Below are positions 41,522 through 51,293 of a stretch of 64,000 bases of DNA, one piece after another (the stretch's first letter is position 1; the number at the start of each line of letters is the position of its first letter). Made by a program: the position numbers and the translations under genes. The notes under the pieces were generated by a model. The model was not told the DNA's origin, did no database searches, and worked only from the letters and a program-made list of their open reading frames with translations. Source of the stretch: an uncultured Gemmatimonadales bacterium (GTDB lineage: Bacteria > Gemmatimonadota > Gemmatimonadetes > Gemmatimonadales > GWC2-71-9); the NCBI GenBank assembly GCA_963728915.1, contig CAVSLV010000001.1:896001-960000 (forward strand), read 5' to 3'.

Positions 41522-41560
41522 GCGGAAAGCGGGTCCAAGTTCCGGCAGCGGTTGAGCTTA

Positions 41561-41604
41561 GACGGACCGGCAGACCGGCGGACAGGCGGACCGGCGGACA
41601 GGCG
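41561..41604 (+). repeat. Octamer array, 5.5 units, intergenic between nuoA and dcd
   Basis: gacggacc ggcagacc ggcggaca ggcggacc ggcggaca ggcg. Confidence 0.9.
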
Positions 41605-41612
41605 TTTAGCTT

Positions 41613-41647
41613 GCTATCGGCTATTCGCCAATCCCTAATCCCTATTC
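41613..41647 (+). repeat. Heptamer array x5 upstream of dcd
   Basis: gctatcg gctattc gccaatc cctaatc cctattc. Confidence 0.7.
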
Positions 41648-41653
41648 TCTCTC

Positions 41654-42232
41654 TTGTCGATCAAATCCGACCGCTGGATCCGCCGCATGGCGCGTGAGCA
41701 CGGGATGATCGAGCCCTTCGTCGACGCGCAGGTGCGAGCGGTCGACGCCTCGGGGCGCAAGGTGATTTCGTTCGGGGTTTCGTCTTACGGGTACGACATG
41801 CGGGTGGCCCCCGAGTTCAAGATCTTCACCAATGCCCTTTCGGCCATGGTGGATCCCAAGGAGTTCGACGCCCGGAGCTTCGTCGAGTTCGAGGGAGAAG
41901 AATGCATCGTGCCCCCGAACAGCTTCGCGCTGGCCCGGTCGATCGAGTACTTCCGGATTCCCCGGAACGTCCTCACCATCTGCGTGGGCAAAAGCACCTA
42001 CGCCCGCTGCGGCATCATCACCAACGTCACGCCCTTCGAGCCCGAGTGGGAAGGGCACGTCACCCTGGAGATCAGCAACACGACCCCCCTGCCCGCCCGG
42101 ATCTATGCGAACGAAGGGATCTGCCAGGTGCTGTTCTTCGAGGCGGATGCCGACGACGTGTGCGAAACGAGCTACGCGGACAAGAAAGGGAAATACCAGG
42201 CCCAGCGCGGAGTCACCCTGCCGAAACTCTAG
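41654..42232 (+). CDS. dcd: dCTP deaminase
   Basis: [36 protein letters not shown] start; 4-bp CTAG stop overlap with mdh. Confidence 0.96.
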   Translation: MSIKSDRWIRRMAREHGMIEPFVDAQVRAVDASGRKVISFGVSSYGYDMRVAPEFKIFTNALSAMVDPKEFDARSFVEFEGEECIVPPNSFALARSIEYFRIPRNVLTICVGKSTYARCGIITNVTPFEPEWEGHVTLEISNTTPLPARIYANEGICQVLFFEADADDVCETSYADKKGKYQAQRGVTLPKL

Positions 42233-43158
42233 AGCGACAAGGCCGTCTGGACGCCGCGGACCGATTCGGCCGAGGCGTGAAGGTCCTTCCGTTCCTGGGC
42301 GGTGAGCTCCACTTCCACGATCTGTTCCAGGCCCGTTCGCCCGATCCTGCAGGGCACCCCGCAGAACACGTCTTTGAGTCCGTATTCTCCGGCGAGCCAG
42401 GCGGCGCAGGGCAGCAGTCGCTTGCGATCCAGTACGATGGCCTCCACCATCTGAACCGCCGCCGCGCTCGGCGCGTAGTACGCCGATCCGGTCTTGAGGT
42501 GGGCGACGATCTCCGCCCCGCCATTCCGGGTCCTCGCGACGATCGCGTCGAGCTGCTCCTTCGGCAGGAGCTGGCTGACCGGAATCCCCGACACGGTGGT
42601 GTAGGAAATCAGAGGCACCATGGTGTCCCCGTGGCCGCCGAGGACCATCGCCTGAACCTCCTCGACCGACACCTGGAGGGCGTCCGCGAGGAAGGTGCGA
42701 TAGCGGGCGGTATCGAGCACCCCGGCCATCCCGATCACCCGCTCCCGGGGAAATCCGCTGGCCTTCATCGCCACGTAGCACATCACATCGAGAGGATTGG
42801 AGACCACGATGACGATCGCCTTGGGAGCCACCCGGGCGATCTCCTTCCCCACCGCCTGCACGATGCCGGCGTTGGTCTTGACCAGATCGTCCCGGCTCAT
42901 CCCGGGCTTTCGGGCAATGCCGGCGGTGACGACGAACACCTCCGATCCCTCGGCGGGCCCATAATCGTTCGCCCCCACCACCCTCGTGTCGAAGCCTTCG
43001 ATCGGTCCGGTTTGCCACTGATCCAGCCCCTTGCCCTGCGGAACGCCCTCGACCACGTCGACCATGATCACCGAGCGGGCGAGGCTCTTTTCGGCCAGCC
43101 GCTGGGCCGCGGTGGCTCCCACATTTCCAGCGCCGACGACGGTGATCTTGTTGAACAT
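42229..43158 (-). CDS. mdh: Malate dehydrogenase (LDH-like)
   Basis: [29 protein letters not shown]. Confidence 0.96.
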   Translation of the reverse strand: MFNKITVVGAGNVGATAAQRLAEKSLARSVIMVDVVEGVPQGKGLDQWQTGPIEGFDTRVVGANDYGPAEGSEVFVVTAGIARKPGMSRDDLVKTNAGIVQAVGKEIARVAPKAIVIVVSNPLDVMCYVAMKASGFPRERVIGMAGVLDTARYRTFLADALQVSVEEVQAMVLGGHGDTMVPLISYTTVSGIPVSQLLPKEQLDAIVARTRNGGAEIVAHLKTGSAYYAPSAAAVQMVEAIVLDRKRLLPCAAWLAGEYGLKDVFCGVPCRIGRTGLEQIVEVELTAQERKDLHASAESVRGVQTALSL

Positions 43159-43229
43159 GAGGTCCTGGCGGTGAAAGGTCGATTGGGGCGAGAAACTAGT
43201 GCGTCGACCGCCCGGGACCAACCCGGGTA

Positions 43230-43790
43230 TCAGGAGGAGGGAGGCTTCCGACCTCGGGGCGGGCGGCGCGGTCCTCGCCCCCGTTTCGAGGGGACCTCCG
43301 CCGCCGCAAGCTCGGCGGCACGAGCGGCGGCCTCGTCGCTCCCGACCCGCCGCAACGCCTCGTACAACACGATGCCTGCGGCGGTGGCCAGGTTGAGACT
43401 CCGCACCTTGCCGCTCTGCATCGGAATGGTATAGCACTGCTCGGGATGCTTCTCGAGGATCCGGTCCGGCATGCCATCGGTTTCGTTGCCGAAGACGAGC
43501 ACGCTGTTGGACCGGAATTCGGCGTCGGTCAATGGGCGCTCGGCCCGGGCCGAGAAATACAGGCAACGATGCCGGGCGATGGCGTCCCGGAATTCCCGCC
43601 AATCGGGATGGACCCAGAGGTCCACCGCATCCCAATAGTCGACGCCGGCCCGCTTGAGATCGGCGTCCTGGATCGAGAAGCCCAGCGGCTCGATCAAGTG
43701 CAGGCTGGTGTCGGTGGCGGCACAGAGCCGTGCGATGTTCCCCGTGTTGGGCGGAATCCGGGGGCAGATGAGCGCGATATGGAGACTCAT
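43230..43790 (-). CDS. trmL: tRNA (cytidine/uridine-34 2'-O)-methyltransferase
   Basis: [32 protein letters not shown]. Confidence 0.92.
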   Translation of the reverse strand: MSLHIALICPRIPPNTGNIARLCAATDTSLHLIEPLGFSIQDADLKRAGVDYWDAVDLWVHPDWREFRDAIARHRCLYFSARAERPLTDAEFRSNSVLVFGNETDGMPDRILEKHPEQCYTIPMQSGKVRSLNLATAAGIVLYEALRRVGSDEAAARAAELAAAEVPSKRGRGPRRPPRGRKPPSS

Positions 43791-44815
43791 CCACCCCTCG
43801 TGTGCATTTCGCGCCTGGGGTCCTCCCGCAATCCTTCCACCTGGTACAGCGCACCTCGACTGGCGACGGCGAGCCGGCTCTCGGCGCCACGGTCGCGTCG
43901 GGCGGACCAGGTGGCTTCGATGCTGGCCTGGATCACCGCGTCGTCCGCGCCGAGGCGCAGCATCTCTCGCAGATCCACTCCCCGCTCGCCGTACAGACAG
44001 GTGAACCAGGTCCCGTCGGCCGTGATCCGGCTTCGATCGCAGGATCCGCAGAAAGGCGCCGTGACCGAGGCGATGATACCGAAGACGGTGCCGTCGGGAA
44101 GCCGGAACCGTTCCGCCGGCGCAGAAGGGTGGCCGGGGTCCGGCACCGGCTCGGACGTTCCGAATCGGTCCCCGATCATCCTGAGGAGATCGCTTCTGGT
44201 CACCACGTCCTCCCGGCGCCATCGGGTAGCTCCGCCGACATCCATGTACTCGATGTAGCGCAGCTCGAGCCCCCGGCCACGGGCGAACTCGAGAAGGTCG
44301 AGGACTTCGTCGTCGTTGAATCCGCGCACGATGACGCTGTTGAGCTTGATCGGGGAAAACTCGAGCTCGAGCGCCAGGTCGATGCCATGGAGCACCTCAC
44401 CGTGCTTGTCGGTTCTCGCAAACGCGCGCATCCGCTCCGCCCGGAGGGTGTCCAGACTCACCGTCAGTCGGGCGAGTCCGGCCTGACGCAGCGCCGCCGC
44501 CTGCCCCCCGAGCAGGATCCCGTTCGTCGTCAGGGCCAGGTCCGACAGCTCCCGATGCGCGGTGAGCATCGACACGAAGGTGGGCAGATCGTGGCGAAGG
44601 AGCGGCTCTCCGCCGGTGAGTCGGACACGCTTCGCGCCGAGCCGCATGAAGATTCCCGCCAGGCGATCCAGCTCCTCGAAGCTGAGCAGCGACTCCCGCG
44701 GCAGCCAGACATAGTGCTCTTCGGGCATGCAGTAGCCGCATCGCATGTTGCAGCGATCCGTGACCGAGAGTCGGAGACTCCCCAACGGACGGCGGAAGAC
44801 GTCGGAGACGCTCAT
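43787..44815 (-). CDS. moaA: GTP 3',8-cyclase
   Basis: [26 protein letters not shown]-terminal GG. Confidence 0.96.
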   Translation of the reverse strand: MSVSDVFRRPLGSLRLSVTDRCNMRCGYCMPEEHYVWLPRESLLSFEELDRLAGIFMRLGAKRVRLTGGEPLLRHDLPTFVSMLTAHRELSDLALTTNGILLGGQAAALRQAGLARLTVSLDTLRAERMRAFARTDKHGEVLHGIDLALELEFSPIKLNSVIVRGFNDDEVLDLLEFARGRGLELRYIEYMDVGGATRWRREDVVTRSDLLRMIGDRFGTSEPVPDPGHPSAPAERFRLPDGTVFGIIASVTAPFCGSCDRSRITADGTWFTCLYGERGVDLREMLRLGADDAVIQASIEATWSARRDRGAESRLAVASRGALYQVEGLREDPRREMHTRGG

Positions 44816-45240
44816 CAGGCGGTAGCGGATTCGCGGGTGGGATCGACCCACGCCTCGGTGCCGTCCCGGAAACGCTCCCGCTTCCAGATCGGGACTCGGC
44901 GTTTGACTTCCTCGATCACGTAGCGGCACGACGCAAACGCCTCGTCGCGATGGGCGCCCGCGGCCACAACCGCCACCGCGGCATCACCCACCGCCAGCTC
45001 TCCCAGCCGGTGCCGGAGCGCAATCCGGACCGGCCAGCATGCCTCTGCCTCCGCGACGATGGCCCGGCAGACCGACTCCGCCATCTCCTCGTAGGCGGTG
45101 TATTCGATCCCGACCACCGGGCGGCCCTCGTGATGATCGCGGACCAGCCCGACGAAGGACGCCACCCCGCCCCGTTCCGGCGAGATCACCTCCGGCAGGA
45201 GGCCGGTCAATTCAAGAGGTTCCCGGAAAAGGTGCGGCAT
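44815..45240 (-). CDS. moaE: Molybdopterin synthase catalytic subunit
   Basis: FVGLVR, HRLG, AHR..AF, PIWKRE. Confidence 0.95.
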   Translation of the reverse strand: MPHLFREPLELTGLLPEVISPERGGVASFVGLVRDHHEGRPVVGIEYTAYEEMAESVCRAIVAEAEACWPVRIALRHRLGELAVGDAAVAVVAAGAHRDEAFASCRYVIEEVKRRVPIWKRERFRDGTEAWVDPTRESATA

Positions 45241-45241
45241 C

Positions 45242-45505
45242 TCATCCCCCCGCGAGGGGCGGGAGCAAGGCGACCTCATCGGAGGGATTCACCGCGGCGT
45301 CCGCCCTCACCTGCTGCCGGTTGACCGCTACCAGCGCAGTCCGGGTGATGGCGGAACCGCCGGGGAGCTGCCTGATTCGGTCCAGCACGTCCGCGACCGT
45401 GCGGATGCCCTCCATGGGAAGCTCGAGGTGGTCGGTCCCGAGCAGCTCCGCGTAACGAGCGAACAACCGTACGGTCAGCAGGGTAGTGGATGAGGCTGTG
45501 GGCAT
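45242..45505 (-). CDS. moaD: Molybdopterin synthase sulfur carrier
   Basis: VRLFA, VAVN, C-terminal PPLAGG. Confidence 0.93.
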   Translation of the reverse strand: MPTASSTTLLTVRLFARYAELLGTDHLELPMEGIRTVADVLDRIRQLPGGSAITRTALVAVNRQQVRADAAVNPSDEVALLPPLAGG

Positions 45506-45513
45506 CGATTCTG

Positions 45514-45545
45514 AAAATAGCGCGGCCCGGCTGGCGCCGGGCCGC
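45514..45545 (-). terminator. Putative terminator after the HU gene
   Basis: 10-bp GC stem (45522-45545) with a 4-nt loop, followed by TATTTT on the minus strand. Confidence 0.55.
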
Positions 45546-45582
45546 TTCTCGTTCTGACCTGCTGAGCCTCTGCCGTCTGAGA

Positions 45583-45921
45583 TCAGCTCGCCGCCTGATC
45601 CGGTTCTTCGGGCTCCGCGGCGAACGGCTCGTCGGCGACCAGAGCTCGCAACTCCTTGCTGGGTTTGAACACCGGCACCGGGCGAGCCGCCACCTCGACG
45701 GGCTCACCAGTTCTCGGATTGCGGGCCATCCGGGTCTTGCGGCGCCGGATCTTGAAGGTGCCGAACCCGCGGACTTCGATGTTGTGCTGCTCCTTCAGGG
45801 CGTGCTTGATCGCGTCGAGGAACGAATCCACGACTCGGGCACAGTCCTTCTTGGAGATCAGGGGCCCGGAAGTACGGGCCATGGCTGCGGTTACCTGCTC
45901 GACGAGATCCGCCTTCGTCAT
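45583..45921 (-). CDS. HU/IHF-family DNA-binding protein
   Basis: MTKADLV, IEVRGFGTF, ARNPRTGE, PVFKPSK. G-run RBS; in-frame upstream ATG at 45975. Confidence 0.95.
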   Translation of the reverse strand: MTKADLVEQVTAAMARTSGPLISKKDCARVVDSFLDAIKHALKEQHNIEVRGFGTFKIRRRKTRMARNPRTGEPVEVAARPVPVFKPSKELRALVADEPFAAEPEEPDQAAS

Positions 45922-45982
45922 GATCCCCCCAGTCGGGTCACCGGTCTGGACTGCCTCACGGGAGGAGGCGTCCATTCGCTTT

Positions 45983-46011
45983 ACAGTATGAGCTTACCTG
46001 TTGTCTGTCAA
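45983..46011 (-). promoter_or_regulatory. Sigma70-type promoter for the HU/IHF gene
   Basis: TTGACA-N17-TACTGT. Confidence 0.75.
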
Positions 46012-47150
46012 GAGTTTGCGGGCTTTGAGCCTGCCCGGGCCGTCATCAGCTCCAGAAACTCGTGGAAATGCGGGTAGGCGTCATGGGGTCCCGGAGCCGC
46101 CTCTGGGTGATACTGCACGGCGAACACCGGAAGTGCTTTGTGGCGAAGACCTTCCACCGTTCCGTCGTTCAGATTGAGGTGCGTGACCTCCAAATCCGGG
46201 GCGCCGGGTATTCCTTCGGGGCCTCCCTGGACCGCAAATCCATGATTCTGGGTGGTGATCAGGACTCGACCAGAAGCGAGATCCTTCACCGGATGGTTAC
46301 CACCCCGATGTCCGTAGGGCATCTTGGCGGTGTGGCCACCGAAGGCCAGGCCGAGGAGCTGGTGGCCCAGACAAATCCCGAACGTCGGGTATCCACCCCC
46401 CGCCAGCTCCCGGATATGTTCGATGGCATACCCGATGGCGGCCGGATCGCCCGGACCATTGGAAAGGAAGATCCCGTCCGGCGCGAGGGCGCGGATGTCC
46501 TCCGGGGTGGTCGTGCAGGGAACCACCGTCACCCGGCACCCCGCCTGCGCCAGCATTCGGACGATGTTGCGCTTCATGCCGAAATCGATGGCCACCACGT
46601 GGGGTCCGTCGGTCCCATCTCGCCAGGGACGTTTGACCGACGCCTTCGAAGCGAGATCCAGCCCCTCCATGGAGGGCCACCGGACCAGCTCCTCGCGGAC
46701 GGCGGGACCGGGCTCGTCTCCCCGGCCGATGACGCCCCGCATCGCCCCTCGAGACCGGATATGCCGGGTTAGGCGACGCGTATCGACGCCTTCGATGATC
46801 GGGATCTTCCACTGGTCCAGCCAATCCGCCAGGGTGCCCCGTGAGCGCCAGTTGGACGCGGTGCGGGAAAGCTCTCGTACCACGACCCCGCTGACCTGGG
46901 GCCGCTCCGATTCGGGATCCTCGTCGTTCACACCGTAGTTCCCGATCATCGGGGCGGTCATGACCACGATCTGGCCGAGGTAGCTCGGATCGGTGAACGT
47001 TTCCTGGTAGCCGGTCAGGTTGGTGGTGAATACCACCTCGCCAAATCCGGAGTCACCCCGATGTCCAAGGGTTCCGGGGAACCAGGTGCCGTCTTCGAGG
47101 AGTACGAAACCGGGCTGCACCGGCTGAGGAGTATGCCGGGGGCCGGACAC
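46008..47150 (-). CDS. carA: Carbamoyl-phosphate synthase small subunit
   Basis: GEVVF, TDPSY, SNGPGDP, GICLGHQ, QYHPE. Confidence 0.96.
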   Translation of the reverse strand: MSGPRHTPQPVQPGFVLLEDGTWFPGTLGHRGDSGFGEVVFTTNLTGYQETFTDPSYLGQIVVMTAPMIGNYGVNDEDPESERPQVSGVVVRELSRTASNWRSRGTLADWLDQWKIPIIEGVDTRRLTRHIRSRGAMRGVIGRGDEPGPAVREELVRWPSMEGLDLASKASVKRPWRDGTDGPHVVAIDFGMKRNIVRMLAQAGCRVTVVPCTTTPEDIRALAPDGIFLSNGPGDPAAIGYAIEHIRELAGGGYPTFGICLGHQLLGLAFGGHTAKMPYGHRGGNHPVKDLASGRVLITTQNHGFAVQGGPEGIPGAPDLEVTHLNLNDGTVEGLRHKALPVFAVQYHPEAAPGPHDAYPHFHEFLELMTARAGSKPANS

Positions 47151-47155
47151 CCGCC

Positions 47156-47530
47156 CTATTTGCCTGGGGGGGTAGTCGGCGCGGGAGGCGGAGACGCATT
47201 CCCGGCCGGAGGAGTGGTCTGGAGCGGGGCCTGAGGGGCCGGCTGCTGCGTCGGAACCTGCTGCCTGAGCTGCTGCTGAACCCCGGTCTGGCCGGTGCTG
47301 CGATGAGAAGCCGACACCGAGAGAATGAGCGCCAGGAACATGAACAGACCGCCGGTGACCCAGCTGGCCTTGTGCAGGATGGTGACCGCCTGACGCCCGC
47401 CCAGAACGAGATCCGCGGTTCCTCCTCCCAGGGAAGCGAGCCCACCGCCCTGCCCCGATTGGAGCAGAACCACCACGGCCAGAACAAGGCCGTCGAGAAT
47501 GAGCACCGTGAGCAGGAGGTTGTAAAGCAT
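47156..47530 (-). CDS. secG: Preprotein translocase subunit SecG
   Basis: TM-LLQSGQGGGL..LGGG-TM with a Pro/Gln tail, near tpiA. Confidence 0.93.
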   Translation of the reverse strand: MLYNLLLTVLILDGLVLAVVVLLQSGQGGGLASLGGGTADLVLGGRQAVTILHKASWVTGGLFMFLALILSVSASHRSTGQTGVQQQLRQQVPTQQPAPQAPLQTTPPAGNASPPPAPTTPPGK

Positions 47531-47558
47531 CGGCGGAAGTCTAATCTACTGTTCTGTC
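47531..47558. promoter_or_regulatory. Putative bidirectional leaderless promoter
   Basis: Minus-strand TAGACT lies 7 nt before the secG ATG; plus-strand TACTGT lies 6 nt before ATG 47559. Confidence 0.5.
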
Positions 47559-47771
47559 ATGGCCAAACCAACGAATCCCGGTCTCTGTGCATCCTGCGTC
47601 CACGCTCGGCGCCTTGTGAGTCGGAAGGGCTCGACCTTCTGGCTCTGCCAGCTTTCGGAAACCGATTCTGCCTTCCCCAGATACCCCTCCCTTCCCGTGC
47701 TCGCGTGCTCGGGCTATCAGGCAGGCCCGGGGGAGGAGCGAGCCGCCGTCCCAACTAACCGTTCCAGGTGA
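47559..47771 (+). CDS. Small four-cysteine hypothetical protein
   Basis: GLCASCVHAR...GSTFWLC...FPRYPSLPVLAC; fills an otherwise empty gap. Confidence 0.7.
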   Translation: MAKPTNPGLCASCVHARRLVSRKGSTFWLCQLSETDSAFPRYPSLPVLACSGYQAGPGEERAAVPTNRSR

Positions 47772-48339
47772 GCGCATAGATCCCGCCGTGGCCTGGATGG
47801 ACACGCTTCGCGCCGCGGGTCCAGAGCGACTGCCAGCTCCTGGCCGCCACCGAGTCCTCGCCGATCAGGATTCGTGGGGTCAGGTCCCCGGTGAATACCG
47901 ATCCATCGTCGAGCAGCAAGGAAACGCTGTCGTCGGAGTGACCCGGCGTCGGCAGGATCTCCCCGGCCAGTCCGATCGACCCAAGGACCTCCCGGCTCTG
48001 CTCGAAGGAAATGCAGGTATTCCCCATCGCCCCGACCCGAAGCAGCCCGTCACGCACGAATCTCGAGGGCTCCTCGGTGGCCGCGAGCTGCGTTTCCAGC
48101 ACGAGGAGCGATATGCCGGCCTCCTTGAGCTCGCGCGCCAGCCCTGCGTGATCGGGGTGATAGTGAGTGGCCAGCGCGAATCCGATTTCACCGAGGGGCA
48201 CGTCCATTCGGCGAAGATTGGCCTGCATCCTCCCGAGCGAGCCCGGCCACCCCAGGTCCACGAGGAGCCGCGAGCGACCAGCGCTCACCACCCAGTAATT
48301 GGTGGAGCGGTACCCGACATTGAGGATGGTGGGAGTCAG
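47755..48339 (-). CDS. MBL-fold metallo-hydrolase (start uncertain: CTG 48339 or GTG 48363)
   Basis: LLVDLG, THYHPDHAG, TPGHS, FTGD, HPGHG. Confidence 0.85.
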   Translation of the reverse strand: MTPTILNVGYRSTNYWVVSAGRSRLLVDLGWPGSLGRMQANLRRMDVPLGEIGFALATHYHPDHAGLARELKEAGISLLVLETQLAATEEPSRFVRDGLLRVGAMGNTCISFEQSREVLGSIGLAGEILPTPGHSDDSVSLLLDDGSVFTGDLTPRILIGEDSVAARSWQSLWTRGAKRVHPGHGGIYALTWNG

Positions 48340-49082
48340 GAGGCTTGGCAGATCCTCGCCCACCCGAGGGGGTCGAGACTGGCTCCGCCGACCAGCACCC
48401 CTTCGATTTCCGGCTCGCTCAGGAGGCCGTTCACATTCCCCTGGTTCACCGAACCGCCGTAGAGAATCGGAACTCCACGGGCACCGCGTTCGCGCAGCAA
48501 CCGGCGAAGGCCCGCGTGGACCTGGGCCGCGTCGGACGGCGTCGCGTTCTTCCCGGTGCCGATGGCCCAGACCGGCTCGTACGCCAGCACCAGGGTCGCG
48601 AGGCCGGAAGGATCCACTCCCTCGATCGCGGCCAGTAGCTGGCGCCGCACCACGGCGGCGGTCTCCCCCCGGACGCGCTCGTCCAGCTTTTCTCCGACGC
48701 ATAACACGGGAATCAGCTGTTCCCGGAGGGCCGCCCGGAGCTTGAGCCCGGTTTCCGCCTCGGTCTCCCCGAACCCGTGGCGCCGTTCCGAATGCCCGAT
48801 CAGCGCCGCTCCCGCCCCTGCGGCGCGCGCGAGCGAGGCGGAGACCGCCCCGGTGAAGGCGCCCTTGGGCTCCCAGTAGATGTCCTGCGCGCCGACCAGC
48901 CCGTTCGGTAGCCCGGCAAACGCCTGAGCGGCGGCTTCCAGACTCACCGCCGGCGGGAAGAACCAGGTTCGCCGCGGCGGGTCCGGGGCGAAGGATTCCC
49001 GGAAACGAGCCGCGTAATCCCGGGCTTCGCCGGGGCCCAGGTGCATTTTCCAGTTGGCGGCAAAGAGGAGGGGGCGACTCAC
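48336..49082 (-). CDS. tpiA: Triosephosphate isomerase
   Basis: ANWKM, GHSERR, AYEPVWAIG, YGGSV, VGGASL. Confidence 0.97.
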   Translation of the reverse strand: MSRPLLFAANWKMHLGPGEARDYAARFRESFAPDPPRRTWFFPPAVSLEAAAQAFAGLPNGLVGAQDIYWEPKGAFTGAVSASLARAAGAGAALIGHSERRHGFGETEAETGLKLRAALREQLIPVLCVGEKLDERVRGETAAVVRRQLLAAIEGVDPSGLATLVLAYEPVWAIGTGKNATPSDAAQVHAGLRRLLRERGARGVPILYGGSVNQGNVNGLLSEPEIEGVLVGGASLDPLGWARICQAS

Positions 49083-50269
49083 GCGTCGTCGAGCGCCGCC
49101 ACCCCGGGAAGGGTTTTCCCTTCGAGGAACTCGAGCGCCGCGCCGCCCCCGGTGGAGACGTGGGACATCCGGTCCGCCAGTCCCATTTCCGTGACGGCGG
49201 CCGCGGAATCCCCGCCACCTACGATGGTCACCGTGCCCCGATCGGTCGCCTCCGCCATGGCGATCGCGATGCTGCGGGTCCCCGCATCGAAGGGCGGCGT
49301 TTCGAACACCCCCATCGGGCCGTTCCAGAGCGCGGTTCCGGCTTCGCGAATCAGGCGCCCGAACTCCCTGGCGGTGTTCGGGTCGATGTCATACACCGCG
49401 AAGGAAGCGGGAATCCTGGCGCGGGGCACCGCCATCGAGGTCACCGCTTCGAGCAGATCGGGCGCAATGACGCACCCCGATGGCAGCACGAGGCGATCGC
49501 CGCCCTGCTGCATCAGACGCCGCGCGACCTCGAGGCGATCGTCCTCCACCAGGGACTTCCCCACTTCGAGCCCCATGGCCTTGAAGAAGGTGCACGCCAT
49601 CGCCCCACCGATCAGGATCTTGTCCACCCGGGGGAGGAGCTGATCGATCAGCTCGATCTTGCCGCTCACCTTGGCTCCCCCCAGGATGGCGACAAAGGGG
49701 CGCTTGGGATCGTGGAGCGCCTGGCCCAGATAGCGGAGCTCCTTTTCGAGAAGGAACCCCGCGACGGCCGGCTTGAGCAGGTGGGCCACGGCTTCGGTGC
49801 TCGCATGGGCCCGGTGCGCCGATCCGAAGGCGTCATCGATGTACAGGTCTCCGAGCGCCGCGAACCGCCGGGCGAGCTCCTGGTCGTTGGCTTCCTCTCC
49901 GGGATAGAAGCGGGTGTTTTCCGCGAGGGCAACGCCACCTCGAGCGAGCCGTCGGGTTTGGGTGACCGCCGCATCCGAATCGGGGTGCTCGAGAAAGCTG
50001 ACCGGCGCACCCAGGAGCTCCTCCAGCCGCCGGGCCACCGGCTTGAGCGAGAACTGGGGATCCGGCTGGCCCTGCGGACGCCCGAGATGCGACAGCAGAA
50101 TGACCCGGGCTCCCTTCCCGCGGAGGAACTCGATGGTGGGAAGGGAGGCGCGGATCCGGGTGTCGTCGCCCACCGCGCCGCGCTTGATCGGCACGTTGAA
50201 ATCCACCCGTACCAGAGCCCGCTGTCCGTCGAGTCGGGACCCGTCGAGCGCCGCGAGGCTGCGCTTCAT
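49079..50269 (-). CDS. pgk: Phosphoglycerate kinase
   Basis: RVDFNVP, SHLGRP, GGAKVSGK, NGPMGVFE, STGGGA. Confidence 0.97.
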   Translation of the reverse strand: MKRSLAALDGSRLDGQRALVRVDFNVPIKRGAVGDDTRIRASLPTIEFLRGKGARVILLSHLGRPQGQPDPQFSLKPVARRLEELLGAPVSFLEHPDSDAAVTQTRRLARGGVALAENTRFYPGEEANDQELARRFAALGDLYIDDAFGSAHRAHASTEAVAHLLKPAVAGFLLEKELRYLGQALHDPKRPFVAILGGAKVSGKIELIDQLLPRVDKILIGGAMACTFFKAMGLEVGKSLVEDDRLEVARRLMQQGGDRLVLPSGCVIAPDLLEAVTSMAVPRARIPASFAVYDIDPNTAREFGRLIREAGTALWNGPMGVFETPPFDAGTRSIAIAMAEATDRGTVTIVGGGDSAAAVTEMGLADRMSHVSTGGGAALEFLEGKTLPGVAALDDA

Positions 50270-51279
50270 CCGTCGCGGATTCCCAGATACCGAAGCAGAT
50301 CGAGGCAGCGGGCCGAGTAGCCCATTTCGTTGTCATACCAGCTCGAAACGTGCAGGAGCGTCCCGCCGATCACGTTCGTGAGGGCGAGGTCGACCGTGCT
50401 CGACATGAGGTTGCCGATGAAATCGGTCGACACCAGCGGTTCGTCGCAGACATCGAGCACACCCCTCAGATCGCCGGCCGAGGCGACCCGGAACGCCTGA
50501 TTGACCGCTGCGATGGTGGTTGGCTGCTCGACCACGCAGGTGAGGTCCATCAGCGAGACGTCCGGAACGGGAACCCGGAACGCCACCCCGTCAATCCGTC
50601 CCTTGAGCTCCGGGATAACGATCGAGGTCGCCTTGGCCGCGCCGGAGGTCGTTGGAATGATCGACATGGCGGCGGCGCGGGCCCGGCGCAGATCCTTGTG
50701 GGGAAGATCGAGGATCTGCTGATCGTTGGTGTAGGCATGGATCGTCGACATGAAGCCATGCGCCATGCCGAAGCTGTCCTGGATGACCTTGACGACGGGC
50801 ACCAGACCGTTGGTGGTGCAGCTCGCGTTGGAAAGGATGTGATGCGTGTCGGGATCGTAGGCGGTGTGGTTCACGCCGTACACGACCGTCAGGTCTTCTC
50901 CCTTGGCCGGTGCAGAGATCACCACCTTGCGCGCCCCCGCCTTCAAGTGCTTGGCGGCGGACTCCCGATCGGTAAACCGCCCGGTGGATTCCAGGACAAA
51001 ATCGATCTGCAACGATTTCCAGGGAAGCTGGCCGGGATCTTTTTCGGAAAGAACCTTGAGCACCTTGCCGTTGACGTGGATGCCGTCGGGGGCGGGCTCG
51101 ACCTGCCCCGGGAACGCCCCATGCACCGAATCGTGGCGGAGCAGATGGGCCAGGGTCTTGGTGTCGGTGAGATCGTTCACCGCGACGATCTCGAGATCGC
51201 CCGGGCCGGACAGGGCCGCGACCCGCAAGAAGTTCCGTCCGATGCGACCGAAGCCGTTGATGGCGATCCGTTTCGACAT
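50266..51279 (-). CDS. gap: Glyceraldehyde-3-phosphate dehydrogenase (type I)
   Basis: NGFGRIGR, ASCTTN, WYDNE. Confidence 0.97.
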   Translation of the reverse strand: MSKRIAINGFGRIGRNFLRVAALSGPGDLEIVAVNDLTDTKTLAHLLRHDSVHGAFPGQVEPAPDGIHVNGKVLKVLSEKDPGQLPWKSLQIDFVLESTGRFTDRESAAKHLKAGARKVVISAPAKGEDLTVVYGVNHTAYDPDTHHILSNASCTTNGLVPVVKVIQDSFGMAHGFMSTIHAYTNDQQILDLPHKDLRRARAAAMSIIPTTSGAAKATSIVIPELKGRIDGVAFRVPVPDVSLMDLTCVVEQPTTIAAVNQAFRVASAGDLRGVLDVCDEPLVSTDFIGNLMSSTVDLALTNVIGGTLLHVSSWYDNEMGYSARCLDLLRYLGIRDG

Positions 51280-51293
51280 GGGGACTCCGGAGC

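Noticed and set aside
45506..45582. Moco riboswitch upstream of moaD
   Set aside because: The region is too short and holds only a simple hairpin consistent with a terminator.
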